A stretch of DNA of 40,000 nt from an uncultured Rhodobium sp. (GTDB lineage: Bacteria > Pseudomonadota > Alphaproteobacteria > Rhizobiales > Rhodobiaceae), in NCBI GenBank assembly GCA_963675285.2, contig CAXXGS010000001.1, positions 3,271,089 to 3,311,088 of the forward strand. The letters run 5' to 3'. Below are positions 23,604-33,366 of this stretch, in pieces; within the stretch, counting starts at the first letter, position 1; each line of letters starts with the position of its first letter. The translations under genes and the position numbers were made by a program. The notes under the pieces are model-generated. The model did no database searches. It was not told the DNA's origin and saw only the letters and a program-made list of their open reading frames with translations.

Positions 23604-24872
23604 ATGCCCGAAGCGGAGAAGATATCCGGAGCGCGGAAGCTGGCCGCCACAATCGACCATGAGGCGACCCATGCGCCCGATACACCGGGTTCCAGCGCCT
23701 ATCGGGCCAGCGACAGCGATACGCTGATCGGCCATGATCGCGAAGGGCTCGGCCGTGCGCTCGCCGCCGTCGGCGTGCCTGAGCGCCAGATCCGCATGCG
23801 CACCGCGCAGCTTTGGCACTGGCTTTACGTGCGCGGTGTCGACAGCTTCGATGCCATGACCAACGTGTCGAAGGAGCTGCGCGGCAAGCTCGATGCGGTC
23901 TTCTCCATCGCCCGTCCGGAGATCGCCGCCGAGCAGATCTCGTCGGACGGCACCCGCAAGTGGGTGATGCGGTTTCCCTCGCGCGGCGCCGGCCGTCCCG
24001 TCGAGGTCGAGACCGTCTATATCCCGGAGGAGGGGCGGGGCACGCTCTGCGTCTCCAGCCAGGTCGGCTGCACACTCACCTGCGCTTTCTGCCACACCGG
24101 TACGCAGGTTCTGGTGCGCAACCTGACGGCGGGCGAAGTCCTCGGCCAGATTCTCGTCGCCCGCGATCGGCTCGGCGATTTTCCCGAGCGCGAGACGCCG
24201 ATGGGCGCGATCGTGCCGAGCGAGGGTCGCCTCGTCACCAATGTGGTGATGATGGGGATGGGTGAGCCGCTCTACAATTTCGCCAATGTGAAGAAGGCTC
24301 TCCTGATCGCGTCGGACGGCGAGGGCCTCGGCCTGTCGCGGCGGCGGATCACGCTGTCGACCTCTGGCGTCGTGCCGATGATGAAAAAGGCGGGTGACGA
24401 GATCGGCGTCATGCTGGCGGTCTCGCTCCATGCGGTGCGCGACGAACTGCGCGACGTCCTCGTGCCGATCAACAAGAAGTATCCGCTGAAGGATCTTCTC
24501 GACGCGTGCCGGGCCTACCCTGGGCTTTCCAACGCGCGTCGGATCACATTCGAATACGTCATGCTGAAGGGCATCAACGACAGCCCCGCCGATGCGCGCG
24601 AGCTGGTGCGCCTGCTGAAGGGCATCCCCGCCAAGATCAACCTCATTCCGTTCAATCCCTGGCCGGGCTCGGACTATGAATGTTCCGATTGGGAGACGAT
24701 CGAGACCTTCGCCGACATCGTCAACCGCGCCGGCTACGCCTCGCCGATCCGCACACCGCGCGGGCGCGACATTCTGGCTGCCTGCGGTCAGTTGAAGTCG
24801 GTCTCGCAGCGTCTCAGGGTGCAGGAACGCATGGCGCTCGAAGCCATGGTCGCCGGTAACGGCGGCGAATAG
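23604..24872 (+). CDS. rlmN: 23S rRNA (adenine2503-C2)/tRNA methyltransferase RlmN (radical SAM)
   Basis: 422 aa. The radical-SAM cluster is [18 protein letters not shown] (Cx3Cx2C). Other conserved segments: [32 protein letters not shown], and ACGQL (the second catalytic Cys). Confidence 0.9.
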   Translation: MPEAEKISGARKLAATIDHEATHAPDTPGSSAYRASDSDTLIGHDREGLGRALAAVGVPERQIRMRTAQLWHWLYVRGVDSFDAMTNVSKELRGKLDAVFSIARPEIAAEQISSDGTRKWVMRFPSRGAGRPVEVETVYIPEEGRGTLCVSSQVGCTLTCAFCHTGTQVLVRNLTAGEVLGQILVARDRLGDFPERETPMGAIVPSEGRLVTNVVMMGMGEPLYNFANVKKALLIASDGEGLGLSRRRITLSTSGVVPMMKKAGDEIGVMLAVSLHAVRDELRDVLVPINKKYPLKDLLDACRAYPGLSNARRITFEYVMLKGINDSPADARELVRLLKGIPAKINLIPFNPWPGSDYECSDWETIETFADIVNRAGYASPIRTPRGRDILAACGQLKSVSQRLRVQERMALEAMVAGNGGE

Positions 24873-24929
24873 ATCGCCCAAACCGCCGCATCGCGCCGGA
24901 AACGGAAACGCTGAACGGAGAGCCGGGTC

Positions 24930-25469
24930 ATGGATCGGATTTTCGCCCTTATCGCCCGCTTCATCTGGGTCATCGTCGGCTTCGTCGTCGCCATCTATGC
25001 CGCCGGCGGCTTCATGGTGCTGACCACCGGCATCTGGCGCAACCTCGTCGGCGTTGGCCATGTCTATGCCGGCGATTCGATGGTCTCGTCGCTGGAAATC
25101 GCGCTCGTCGTCGGCGTAACGGGCAGCCTCATCGGCCGGGCCTTCCTGCTGCCGGCCGCGGTGGCGATCATTGTTGCGGAAGTCTTCCGGCTGCGCGGTG
25201 CGCTTCCCCATCTCCTCGGCGGTGTTCTCGTTGCCTTCATCGCCGGCTCCAGCGGCGACATCCTGCCCAATGTCCACGGTTCGGTGCGGCGCGGCTGGGA
25301 AATCCTGATGGCGACTGGTGTGGTCGCTGGCGGGGTCTACTGGCTGATCGCCGGCATGCGATCGGGTGCTTGGCAGAAACGACTGCCGGCGATGGGGCGC
25401 GGCGCCGAGGGTGATTCCGATGCGTCCGGGAGTTCCGATTCCTCCGCTGATCCCGGCCCAAAGGCCTGA
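24930..25469 (+). CDS. Hypothetical integral membrane protein (4-5 predicted TM segments, acidic/Ser-rich tail)
   Basis: 179 aa. It has hydrophobic helices (FIWVIVGFVVAIYAAGGFMVL, LEIALVVGVTGSLIG, LLPAAVAIIVAEVF, GVVAGGVYWLIAG) and high GC3 in this frame. I recognise no family. Confidence 0.6.
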   Translation: MDRIFALIARFIWVIVGFVVAIYAAGGFMVLTTGIWRNLVGVGHVYAGDSMVSSLEIALVVGVTGSLIGRAFLLPAAVAIIVAEVFRLRGALPHLLGGVLVAFIAGSSGDILPNVHGSVRRGWEILMATGVVAGGVYWLIAGMRSGAWQKRLPAMGRGAEGDSDASGSSDSSADPGPKA

Positions 25470-25548
25470 TCTCAATAGACCTGATTCCAAAAGACAACAC
25501 GCTCGCCGTCTTTCCTTCCCCTTTCGTGCGGTTCGCGCCGGTCCGGGT

Positions 25549-26820
25549 TCACGCCTCGTCCGCGGCAAGGGCCCTGGCGAGGACTTCGTCGCGTCCGGCG
25601 CGGAACCCGTCGGCGATCCACCAGCGCTCCGCCTCCTCCATGAGGGCGCCGATCCTCGGACCGGCTGGGACTCCGGCGGCGATGAGATCGCGGCCGGCGA
25701 GCGGGAATTGCGGCGTCTGCCAGCTGTCGGCGAGGGCGAAGGTCTCGGTCCATCGGGGATCGTCGCCATGGGCCTTGCCCCGCGTCCAGGCGATCAGCAG
25801 AGCGCCGCGACAGACCGCGTGGCCGAGGCGGTAGAGATTTTCGCGCACCGTCGCGGCAGATGGCGCCTGTGTGAAGTCGTCGGCGGCGCGGGCGATCGCG
25901 ATCATTCGGTCGCGCACCGCGTTCGACAGGCGCAAATGCCGGGAAAGGGCGAGGGCATCGTCCGGTGTCCTGACCGCGAGGGCAGTATAGGCGAGGGCGG
26001 CATCGACCGGTTCTCCAACGGCTTCGGCAAGCGCCTGGAGGCGAAGGAGCCGGTCCGGCGCGACGGCCGTGCCGAAGGCCGGTTCTGCGATCCGATGGGC
26101 GGTCATGATGGCGAGCGTTTCGGCCGCGCCGGGGGTGACGACGAGGCGGTTCAACTCGTGGCCGACGCGCTCGGCGGACAGGGTCGTCAGGCCCGCGCGC
26201 TCCGCCTCGACGGCGTCAAGGCCATCGGCATCGATCGGGCCGGCGCCATAGGTGGCATGGAAGCGGAAGAAGCGCAGGATCCGAAGATAGTCCTCGCGGA
26301 TACGCTGGCGTGGATCGCCGATGAAGCGCACGCGGCGCGAGAGGCAGTCGCCATAGCCGTCGACGGGATCGAAGAGCGCTCCGTTCCGGTCGACGTAGAG
26401 GGCGTTCATGGTGAAATCGCGGCGGTTGGCGTCGGCTTGCCAGTCGCGGCCGAAACGGACCTTGGCCTTGCGCCCGAAGGTCTCCACGTCCACACGCAGC
26501 GTCGTTACCTCGAACGGCCGATGTCCGGCGACGATGGTGATCGTGCCATGGTCGATGCCGGTCGGAACGGCCTTCAGGCCGGCGGCGCGGGCCCGGGCCA
26601 TCACGGTCTCGGGCGCTGCCGTCGTGGCGATGTCGATATCGGTGATTGGCACCTGCAGGAGCGTGTTGCGCACGACGCCGCCGACGGCGCGGGCCTCGTC
26701 GCCCTCCACGACAAGGGCATTGAACACGCCCTGAAGATCGGGATCGGCGAGCCATTGCGCATCGAGCCGCGCCACGCCGTGGCCGGTGTTGGTCAGATCG
26801 GAGGTCATGTCGTCGCTCAC
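25549..26820 (-). CDS. cca: CCA-adding tRNA nucleotidyltransferase / poly(A) polymerase family protein
   Basis: 423 aa. The head-domain motif is GGVVRNTLLQVPITDIDIATTAAP...TGIDHGTITIV...EVTTLRVD...GRDWQADANRRDFTMNALY. Confidence 0.8.
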   Translation of the reverse strand: MSDDMTSDLTNTGHGVARLDAQWLADPDLQGVFNALVVEGDEARAVGGVVRNTLLQVPITDIDIATTAAPETVMARARAAGLKAVPTGIDHGTITIVAGHRPFEVTTLRVDVETFGRKAKVRFGRDWQADANRRDFTMNALYVDRNGALFDPVDGYGDCLSRRVRFIGDPRQRIREDYLRILRFFRFHATYGAGPIDADGLDAVEAERAGLTTLSAERVGHELNRLVVTPGAAETLAIMTAHRIAEPAFGTAVAPDRLLRLQALAEAVGEPVDAALAYTALAVRTPDDALALSRHLRLSNAVRDRMIAIARAADDFTQAPSAATVRENLYRLGHAVCRGALLIAWTRGKAHGDDPRWTETFALADSWQTPQFPLAGRDLIAAGVPAGPRIGALMEEAERWWIADGFRAGRDEVLARALAADEA

Positions 26821-26833
26821 GCCTTTTTGCCGA

Positions 26834-27556
26834 CTATCGATAGAGCCGTTCGTAAACTTGGCGCAGGATACCGGCGGTCACGCCCCATATATACCGGTTT
26901 TCCCAGGGCATTTCGTAAAACGTGCGTCTGAGACCTTCGTGGATGCGGCTGGCGCGGCGGTGGTTGCCGGGGGCCATCAAGAAGGCGAGTGGCACCTCGA
27001 AAGCGTCGGCGACCTCGCCCGGGTTTAACGTCAGTTTGAAGCCCGGGCGCACGGTTGCCAGCACCGGGGTGATTCGGAAGCCGGAGTTGCTGACATAAAC
27101 GTCGAGATCGCAGACCGGATCGATGAAATCCCGCGTCAGGCCGATCTCCTCCTCCGCCTCGCGCAGGGCGGCGGCCTCAGGCGTTGCATCATCGGGGTCG
27201 ATCTTGCCGCCGGGAAAGGCGACCTGTCCGGCATGGGACGACAGATGATCGGTGCGCTGGGTCAACAGGACGGTGGCGCCGTTGCCATGGTCGACGACCG
27301 GCATCAAAACGGCGGCGTCGACGAGCGGCCGGTGTGGGTCCAGCCGGGCCGAATGGGCGTCGATGGCGTGATCGCCGGCCCATGCGGCAGTCGGCTGTGC
27401 GGCAAACCCGGGAGATGAGGCGTGGGCGGCACGCCAAACCTCGGCCCGGCGGCGGAAGCCGGCGGCGGTGAACTCCGCCACATCGACGCCGATCTCTCCA
27501 CGATTGTCGGAGCCGGGCGTCTCCGCCTCCCTGTCGTGCGTACCGGGATCGGTCAT
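26834..27556 (-). CDS. NUDIX hydrolase, CoA pyrophosphatase-like
   Basis: 240 aa. The Nudix box is GGKIDPDDATPEAAALREAEEEIGL, preceded by the LLTQRTDHLSSHAGQVAFPGG context typical of the NudL/CoA-pyrophosphatase subgroup. The ATG overlaps the upstream stop (ATGA at 27553-27556). Confidence 0.8.
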   Translation of the reverse strand: MTDPGTHDREAETPGSDNRGEIGVDVAEFTAAGFRRRAEVWRAAHASSPGFAAQPTAAWAGDHAIDAHSARLDPHRPLVDAAVLMPVVDHGNGATVLLTQRTDHLSSHAGQVAFPGGKIDPDDATPEAAALREAEEEIGLTRDFIDPVCDLDVYVSNSGFRITPVLATVRPGFKLTLNPGEVADAFEVPLAFLMAPGNHRRASRIHEGLRRTFYEMPWENRYIWGVTAGILRQVYERLYR

Positions 27557-28176
27557 GTCGAAAGGCGCTCCAGTTCTGCGGACGGCAATATGGGGAAGAA
27601 TCGGCCGCCGCTCCAGATGCCGAACCAGTCTTCGCCTGAAACATCATGCGTTGCGCCGTGCTCCACCAGTTCATAGAGGAGCGGGCGGGCGAAGAGGGCC
27701 TCCAGCCGCCCCCTGACGAGGATATAGGGTTTGACGGCGCCGGTTTCCGCATCGATGGCGAATCGCAAGGGGTGATCCTTGCCCGCCATGACGACGTCGC
27801 CGACGTTGGTGCGGATCGTGACGAGCTGATCCGGGCCTTGCCCTGTTGCCGACAGTTCCACCGCGAGGAAAGGGGCGTCGTCGACGGTGATGGCGATCTT
27901 TTCGACCGGTGTGACGAGGTAGGTGACGCCGTCGTCATCCTTCCTCAGGACCGAGGCAAAGAGTTCCACCAGTGCCTTGCGGCCGATCGGCGTGCCGAGA
28001 TAATGCCAGGTCCCGTCGCTGGCGATGCGCATGTCGATGGCGCCGCAATCGGGCGGATTCCAGCGATCCACGGGCGGTCGGCCCCGGCCCGTTCCGCCTG
28101 CGCGCCGCACGAGCGCCTCGAGCGGGTTTTCCGCCGCCGCGTCGCTTGCCTGCTGACCGCTTTTCTTGCTCACCAC
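27553..28176 (-). CDS. DUF1285 domain-containing protein
   Basis: The core is DRWNPPDCGAIDMRIASDGTWHYLGTPIGRKALVELFASVLRKDDDGVTYLVTPVEKIAITVDDAPFLAVEL. The start is assigned to one of two tandem GTG codons (28176 or 28173) after GGAAAGGA. The first ATG of the track ORF (28314) would add a 46-aa Arg/Asp-rich extension. Confidence 0.7.
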   Translation of the reverse strand: MVSKKSGQQASDAAAENPLEALVRRAGGTGRGRPPVDRWNPPDCGAIDMRIASDGTWHYLGTPIGRKALVELFASVLRKDDDGVTYLVTPVEKIAITVDDAPFLAVELSATGQGPDQLVTIRTNVGDVVMAGKDHPLRFAIDAETGAVKPYILVRGRLEALFARPLLYELVEHGATHDVSGEDWFGIWSGGRFFPILPSAELERLST

Positions 28177-28414
28177 GCGTCCTTTCCGTCTTTCATCCGG
28201 TCGTTGCCCGCCATCATCTCGCCCCGGTTGTTGCCTCCAATCGGCATCGGGCGGGTCCGTGCCCACGATAACGTGACGAGCGGACGTTTTCGAGCGGGTG
28301 CACGGCCCGGGCAAAATTGGCTACCCTTTACAGGCGGGAACATGCGACGCTCGCCCGCTCCCGAAAAGAGCGACGCCCCCAGTTCGACAACGCAGCGAAG
28401 CGACAGGCCGAGCC

Positions 28415-29500
<1,086 letters not shown>

Positions 29501-29529
29501 CGATCGCGCCGCCCGGCAAAGGGAGTTTC

Positions 29530-30504
29530 ATGGCCGAAATCCATTCCAGACTGTCCGGCTCCGACACGCCGGCCGCCGCGACCGGCGCCGTGCCGAAGCT
29601 TTTGCGCGACGGGCGGAGCCTTGCCGCGACGCTGCCCGACCTCCTGATGGAGGCGCGGCGGGTGGCGCTGACGGTGTCGTCGGGCTGGCACGGGCGGCGC
29701 CAGGGTGGCCCGGGCGAGACCTTCTGGCAGTACCGGCCGTTTGTCACCGGAGAGGCAATCGCGGCGATTGACTGGCGGCGCTCGGCCCGCGACGATCATC
29801 TCTACATTCGCGAGCAGGAATGGGAATCGGCGCACACGGTCTGGCTCTGGGCTGATCTCAGTGCGTCGATGGCATTCCGTTCCACGATCGCCCGGGCGAC
29901 CAAACGCGATCGGGCGCTGGTGCTTCTCCTGGCGCTCGCCGACCTTCTCGCTGCCGGGGGCGAGCGCGTCGGCATGCCTGGCATCCTCAATCCGCTGGCG
30001 AGCCGTGACGCGGCCGAACGGCTGGCGACGGCGTTGATACATGCGCGCGCCGACAGCGCCCTTCCCCATGCGGCGCCGGTCGGGCGGTTCTCCGATATGG
30101 TGGTCTTTGCCGACTTGCTTGATCCGATCGACGAGATCGAGGCCTTCGTGCGCCGACTGTCCGATGCCGGAACGCGCGGGCATCTGATCCAGATCCTCGA
30201 CCCGGTCGAGGAGAGCTTTCCGTTCAGCGGGCGGACTGAGTTTCGCGATCCTGAAACGGGCATGCGCGTCGTCGCGGGTCGGGCCGAGGAATGGCGCGCG
30301 GCCTATGGCGAGCGGCTGGCGGCGCGGCGCGAGGCGCTGAGGCGGCTGACCCAGCGGATCGGTTGGAGCTTCATCGTCCATCATACAGACCGGCCGGCCT
30401 CCGAGCCGCTGCTTGGACTCCACCGCCGGCTGAGCGAGGTGGGGGCGGATTTCGCCGACGCCGCTGTGGCCGGAAGTGCTGGCGGTGTCGGAGGAGGTGG
30501 CTAG
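29530..30504 (+). CDS. DUF58 domain-containing protein (vWA-like MoxR partner)
   Basis: 324 aa, taken from the ATG at 29530 after AAAGGGAG. It has GETFWQYRPFVTGEAIAAIDWRRSARDDHLYIREQEWE, the DUF58 signature region. The upstream part of track ORF 29287-30504 overlaps the MoxR 3' end in another frame. Confidence 0.85.
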   Translation: MAEIHSRLSGSDTPAAATGAVPKLLRDGRSLAATLPDLLMEARRVALTVSSGWHGRRQGGPGETFWQYRPFVTGEAIAAIDWRRSARDDHLYIREQEWESAHTVWLWADLSASMAFRSTIARATKRDRALVLLLALADLLAAGGERVGMPGILNPLASRDAAERLATALIHARADSALPHAAPVGRFSDMVVFADLLDPIDEIEAFVRRLSDAGTRGHLIQILDPVEESFPFSGRTEFRDPETGMRVVAGRAEEWRAAYGERLAARREALRRLTQRIGWSFIVHHTDRPASEPLLGLHRRLSEVGADFADAAVAGSAGGVGGGG

Positions 30505-30507
30505 GCG

Positions 30508-33357
30508 ATGTTTCCCATCGGCTTTCTCAATCCGTTCGTCCTTGTGGCGCTCGCTGCGCTGCCGCTGATCTGGTGGCTGTTGCGCATCACGCCGCCGCGC
30601 CCGCGCGCGACGCTGTTTCCGCCGACGCGTCTGCTGGCCGAGATCGGCCGGCGAGAAGAAACGCCGGCGCATTCGCCGTGGTGGCTGACCGCGCTCCGGC
30701 TTCTTGCCGCCCTAGCGATCATCGTCGCCCTTGCCGGTCCGGTCTGGCAGCCGGCGGCGGGCGGGCGCGATGCCGGCTCCGGGCCGTTATGGCTCGTCGT
30801 TGACAACGGCTGGACGGCGGCGCCCGACTGGGCGGCGCGCATGACCAGCCTTGCCGCGCTTCTCGACGAGGCCGATCGTGCGGACCGGACCGTCGTGCTC
30901 GCGGCAACCGCCGACGGCGCGCGGCAGGATCTCGCCCCGATCTCGGCGGAGGAGGCACGCCAGCGCCTGTCGACGCTGCGGCCGCGCGGCCATTTCCCCG
31001 ACCGCGCGGCGATCATCAGGGGCCTTGCGGAAGCGACTGCGGGAACAGAACCGGGGCTCGTCGCCTTCGCCAGCGATGGCTTCGACCACGGCGACGCAGC
31101 GGCGCTTGCGCAGCTTCACCGGCTCGCCGGTGACGCGCCCTTCACGGTCTATACGCCGGAGCGGCCGCTGCCGCGGGCTCTTGGCGTTGCCGACAACGCA
31201 TCCGAGGCGCTGACCGTGCCGGTGTTGCGGGCCGACACCGAGGTGGGCGCTTCCGGCATCGTGGAAGCCCGCGACGGGCGCAATTTCGTTCTTGCCAGCG
31301 CGCCGTTCTCCTTCAAGCGCGGGCAGGATCGCGCCGTCGCCCGGTTCTTGCTGCCGATCGAACTGAGAAACGATATCGCCCGGCTGGAGATCGCCGGCGA
31401 GGCGAGCGCCGGTGCCGTCCGACTCATTGACGACCGCTGGCGACGGCGTACCGTCGGCCTCGTTGCCGGCGAGGGGCAAGGCACGGCGCAGCCGCTGTTG
31501 TCGCCGCTGCACTATCTGACCGAGGCGCTTTCGCCCTTTGCCGACGTGCGCCTGCCGCATACCGCCGCTTCCAACGAGGCGATCGGCGAATTGCTCGACC
31601 AGCGTGTGTCGGTCATCGTGCTCGCCGATATCGGCACGCTCCTGCCCGAGACCGTCGACCGGCTGACGCGATGGATCGACGGCGGCGGCGTTCTCATCCG
31701 CTTCGCCGGGCCGCATCTCGCGGCCGGCGGCGAGGGGCTCATCCCGGTGCGACTCAGAACCGGTGGACGGGTGCTTGGCGGGAGCCTCACCTGGGAGAAG
31801 CCGCAGCCGCTCGCCAGCTTTAACCGCAAGGGACCGTTCGCCGATCTGACACCGCCGGACGACGTCTCCGTAACCCGCCAGGTGCTGGCCGAGCCGGCGC
31901 CGGACCTTGAGGAAAAGACCTGGGCGAGCCTCGGAGATGGCACGCCACTCGTTACCGCTACCACGGAGGGGCGTGGCTGGCTTGTCCTCTATCACGTCAC
32001 CGCTGACACCACGTGGTCGAACCTGCCGCTGTCCGGCATCTTCGTCGACATGATGCGGCGGACGGTGGCGTTGTCCTCGGCCTCTGGCGCGGCGGCGGCC
32101 ACGGGTGATGCCGCGGGCGGTGTTCTGCGGCCCTACAGGATCCTCGACGGCTATGGCCGGTTCGGCGCGCCGGCGAATACGGTGGAGCCAATCGCGGTGG
32201 CCGATTTCGCCGCCACCACGGTCAGCGCGCGGCATCCGCCGGGGCTCTACGGCGTCGCAGATGCCTTTCGCGCGCTCAACGTTACGACGTCCGACACGGT
32301 GCTCCGCCCGCTCGATCTCGCCGCGCTGCCGGGTGCTGAGACGGCGACCTACAGCGCCGACGGGCCGATTTCCCTGCGTCCGGCCTTTCTGACCGCCGGT
32401 CTGGGTCTGGTGCTTCTCGATGCGCTGGCCGTGCTCGTCCTTGCCGGCGGACTCGCCGGCCTCCTCGCTCGCTCGTCCGCTGTCGTTCTCCTGGCCGGCC
32501 TTGCGGCGGGACTGGTGCCGCCGCAAGCCGCACGGGCGCAGACGCTGGGTAATCCGACACCGGGGGTCGAGACCGTGCGTGAGGTGGCGAAGGACGGCGA
32601 TGCCTCGCTCGACTTTTCCGCCGCGCTGACGCCGCGGCTCGCCTATGTGCGCACCGGCAATGCCGAGATCGACCGCATCAGCCGTGAGGGGCTCGCCGGC
32701 CTCAGCCGCGAGCTGGCCGAACGCACCGCGCTTGAGCCCGGCGATCCGGTTGGGCTCGATATCGCCAGCGACGAACTCGCCTTCTACCCACTCATCTACT
32801 GGCCGATCGATGCGGCGATGGACGTGCCGCCGGCGGCGGCGATGGCGCGCATCGAGGCCTATATGAAGAACGGCGGTACGGTGCTTTTCGACACCCGCGA
32901 CCAGCTTTCCGTGCCGCTCGGGGCGAACGACGGGGTGACGCCGGAGACGCTGAAGCTGCGCCAGATCCTCGCCGGAATCGATATTCCGCCGATCGAACCA
33001 GTGCCGCTCGACCATGTGCTGACGAAATCGTTCTACCTGCTTCAGGATTTCCCCGGCCGCTGGTCCGGAAGCCCGCTCTGGGTTGAGGCCGTGCCGCCGG
33101 CCGAGGGACCACAGACGGATCGTCCCGTCCGCCAAAGCGACGGCGTCTCGCCGATCCTCATTACCGGCAACGACTTCGCCGGCGCCTGGGCGATCGACGC
33201 GGGCGGCCGCTTCGTTTATCCGACCGTGCCGCCGGATGGCTACCAGCGCGAATGGTCGCTCCGCGCCGGAATTAACATCGTCATGTACATGATGACCGGG
33301 AACTACAAGGCCGATCAGGTGCATATCCCGTCGCTCCTGCAGCGGCTCGGGCAATAG
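30508..33357 (+). CDS. Large membrane protein: BatA-type N-terminal double-TM anchor + central region + C-terminal DUF4159-like domain
   Basis: 949 aa. The N-terminus is MFPIGFLNPFVLVALAALPLIWWLLRITPPRPRATLFPPTRLL (aerotolerance-regulator N-terminal pattern). There is an internal TM pair around residues 630-680. The C-terminus is ...AFYPLIYWPID...GGTVLFDTRD...SFYLLQDFPGRW...ITGNDFAGAWA...GINIVMYMMTGNYKADQVH. The start lies 3 nt after the DUF58 stop. Confidence 0.8.
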   Translation: MFPIGFLNPFVLVALAALPLIWWLLRITPPRPRATLFPPTRLLAEIGRREETPAHSPWWLTALRLLAALAIIVALAGPVWQPAAGGRDAGSGPLWLVVDNGWTAAPDWAARMTSLAALLDEADRADRTVVLAATADGARQDLAPISAEEARQRLSTLRPRGHFPDRAAIIRGLAEATAGTEPGLVAFASDGFDHGDAAALAQLHRLAGDAPFTVYTPERPLPRALGVADNASEALTVPVLRADTEVGASGIVEARDGRNFVLASAPFSFKRGQDRAVARFLLPIELRNDIARLEIAGEASAGAVRLIDDRWRRRTVGLVAGEGQGTAQPLLSPLHYLTEALSPFADVRLPHTAASNEAIGELLDQRVSVIVLADIGTLLPETVDRLTRWIDGGGVLIRFAGPHLAAGGEGLIPVRLRTGGRVLGGSLTWEKPQPLASFNRKGPFADLTPPDDVSVTRQVLAEPAPDLEEKTWASLGDGTPLVTATTEGRGWLVLYHVTADTTWSNLPLSGIFVDMMRRTVALSSASGAAAATGDAAGGVLRPYRILDGYGRFGAPANTVEPIAVADFAATTVSARHPPGLYGVADAFRALNVTTSDTVLRPLDLAALPGAETATYSADGPISLRPAFLTAGLGLVLLDALAVLVLAGGLAGLLARSSAVVLLAGLAAGLVPPQAARAQTLGNPTPGVETVREVAKDGDASLDFSAALTPRLAYVRTGNAEIDRISREGLAGLSRELAERTALEPGDPVGLDIASDELAFYPLIYWPIDAAMDVPPAAAMARIEAYMKNGGTVLFDTRDQLSVPLGANDGVTPETLKLRQILAGIDIPPIEPVPLDHVLTKSFYLLQDFPGRWSGSPLWVEAVPPAEGPQTDRPVRQSDGVSPILITGNDFAGAWAIDAGGRFVYPTVPPDGYQREWSLRAGINIVMYMMTGNYKADQVHIPSLLQRLGQ

Positions 33358-33366
33358 GAGGGGGCA

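Noticed and set aside
23424-25769. A 781-aa minus-strand ORF covering rlmN and the downstream membrane-protein gene.
   Set aside because: It is antisense to rlmN, which has an unmistakable radical-SAM Cx3Cx2C motif and conserved blocks. Its translation is low-complexity. It is a shadow ORF.
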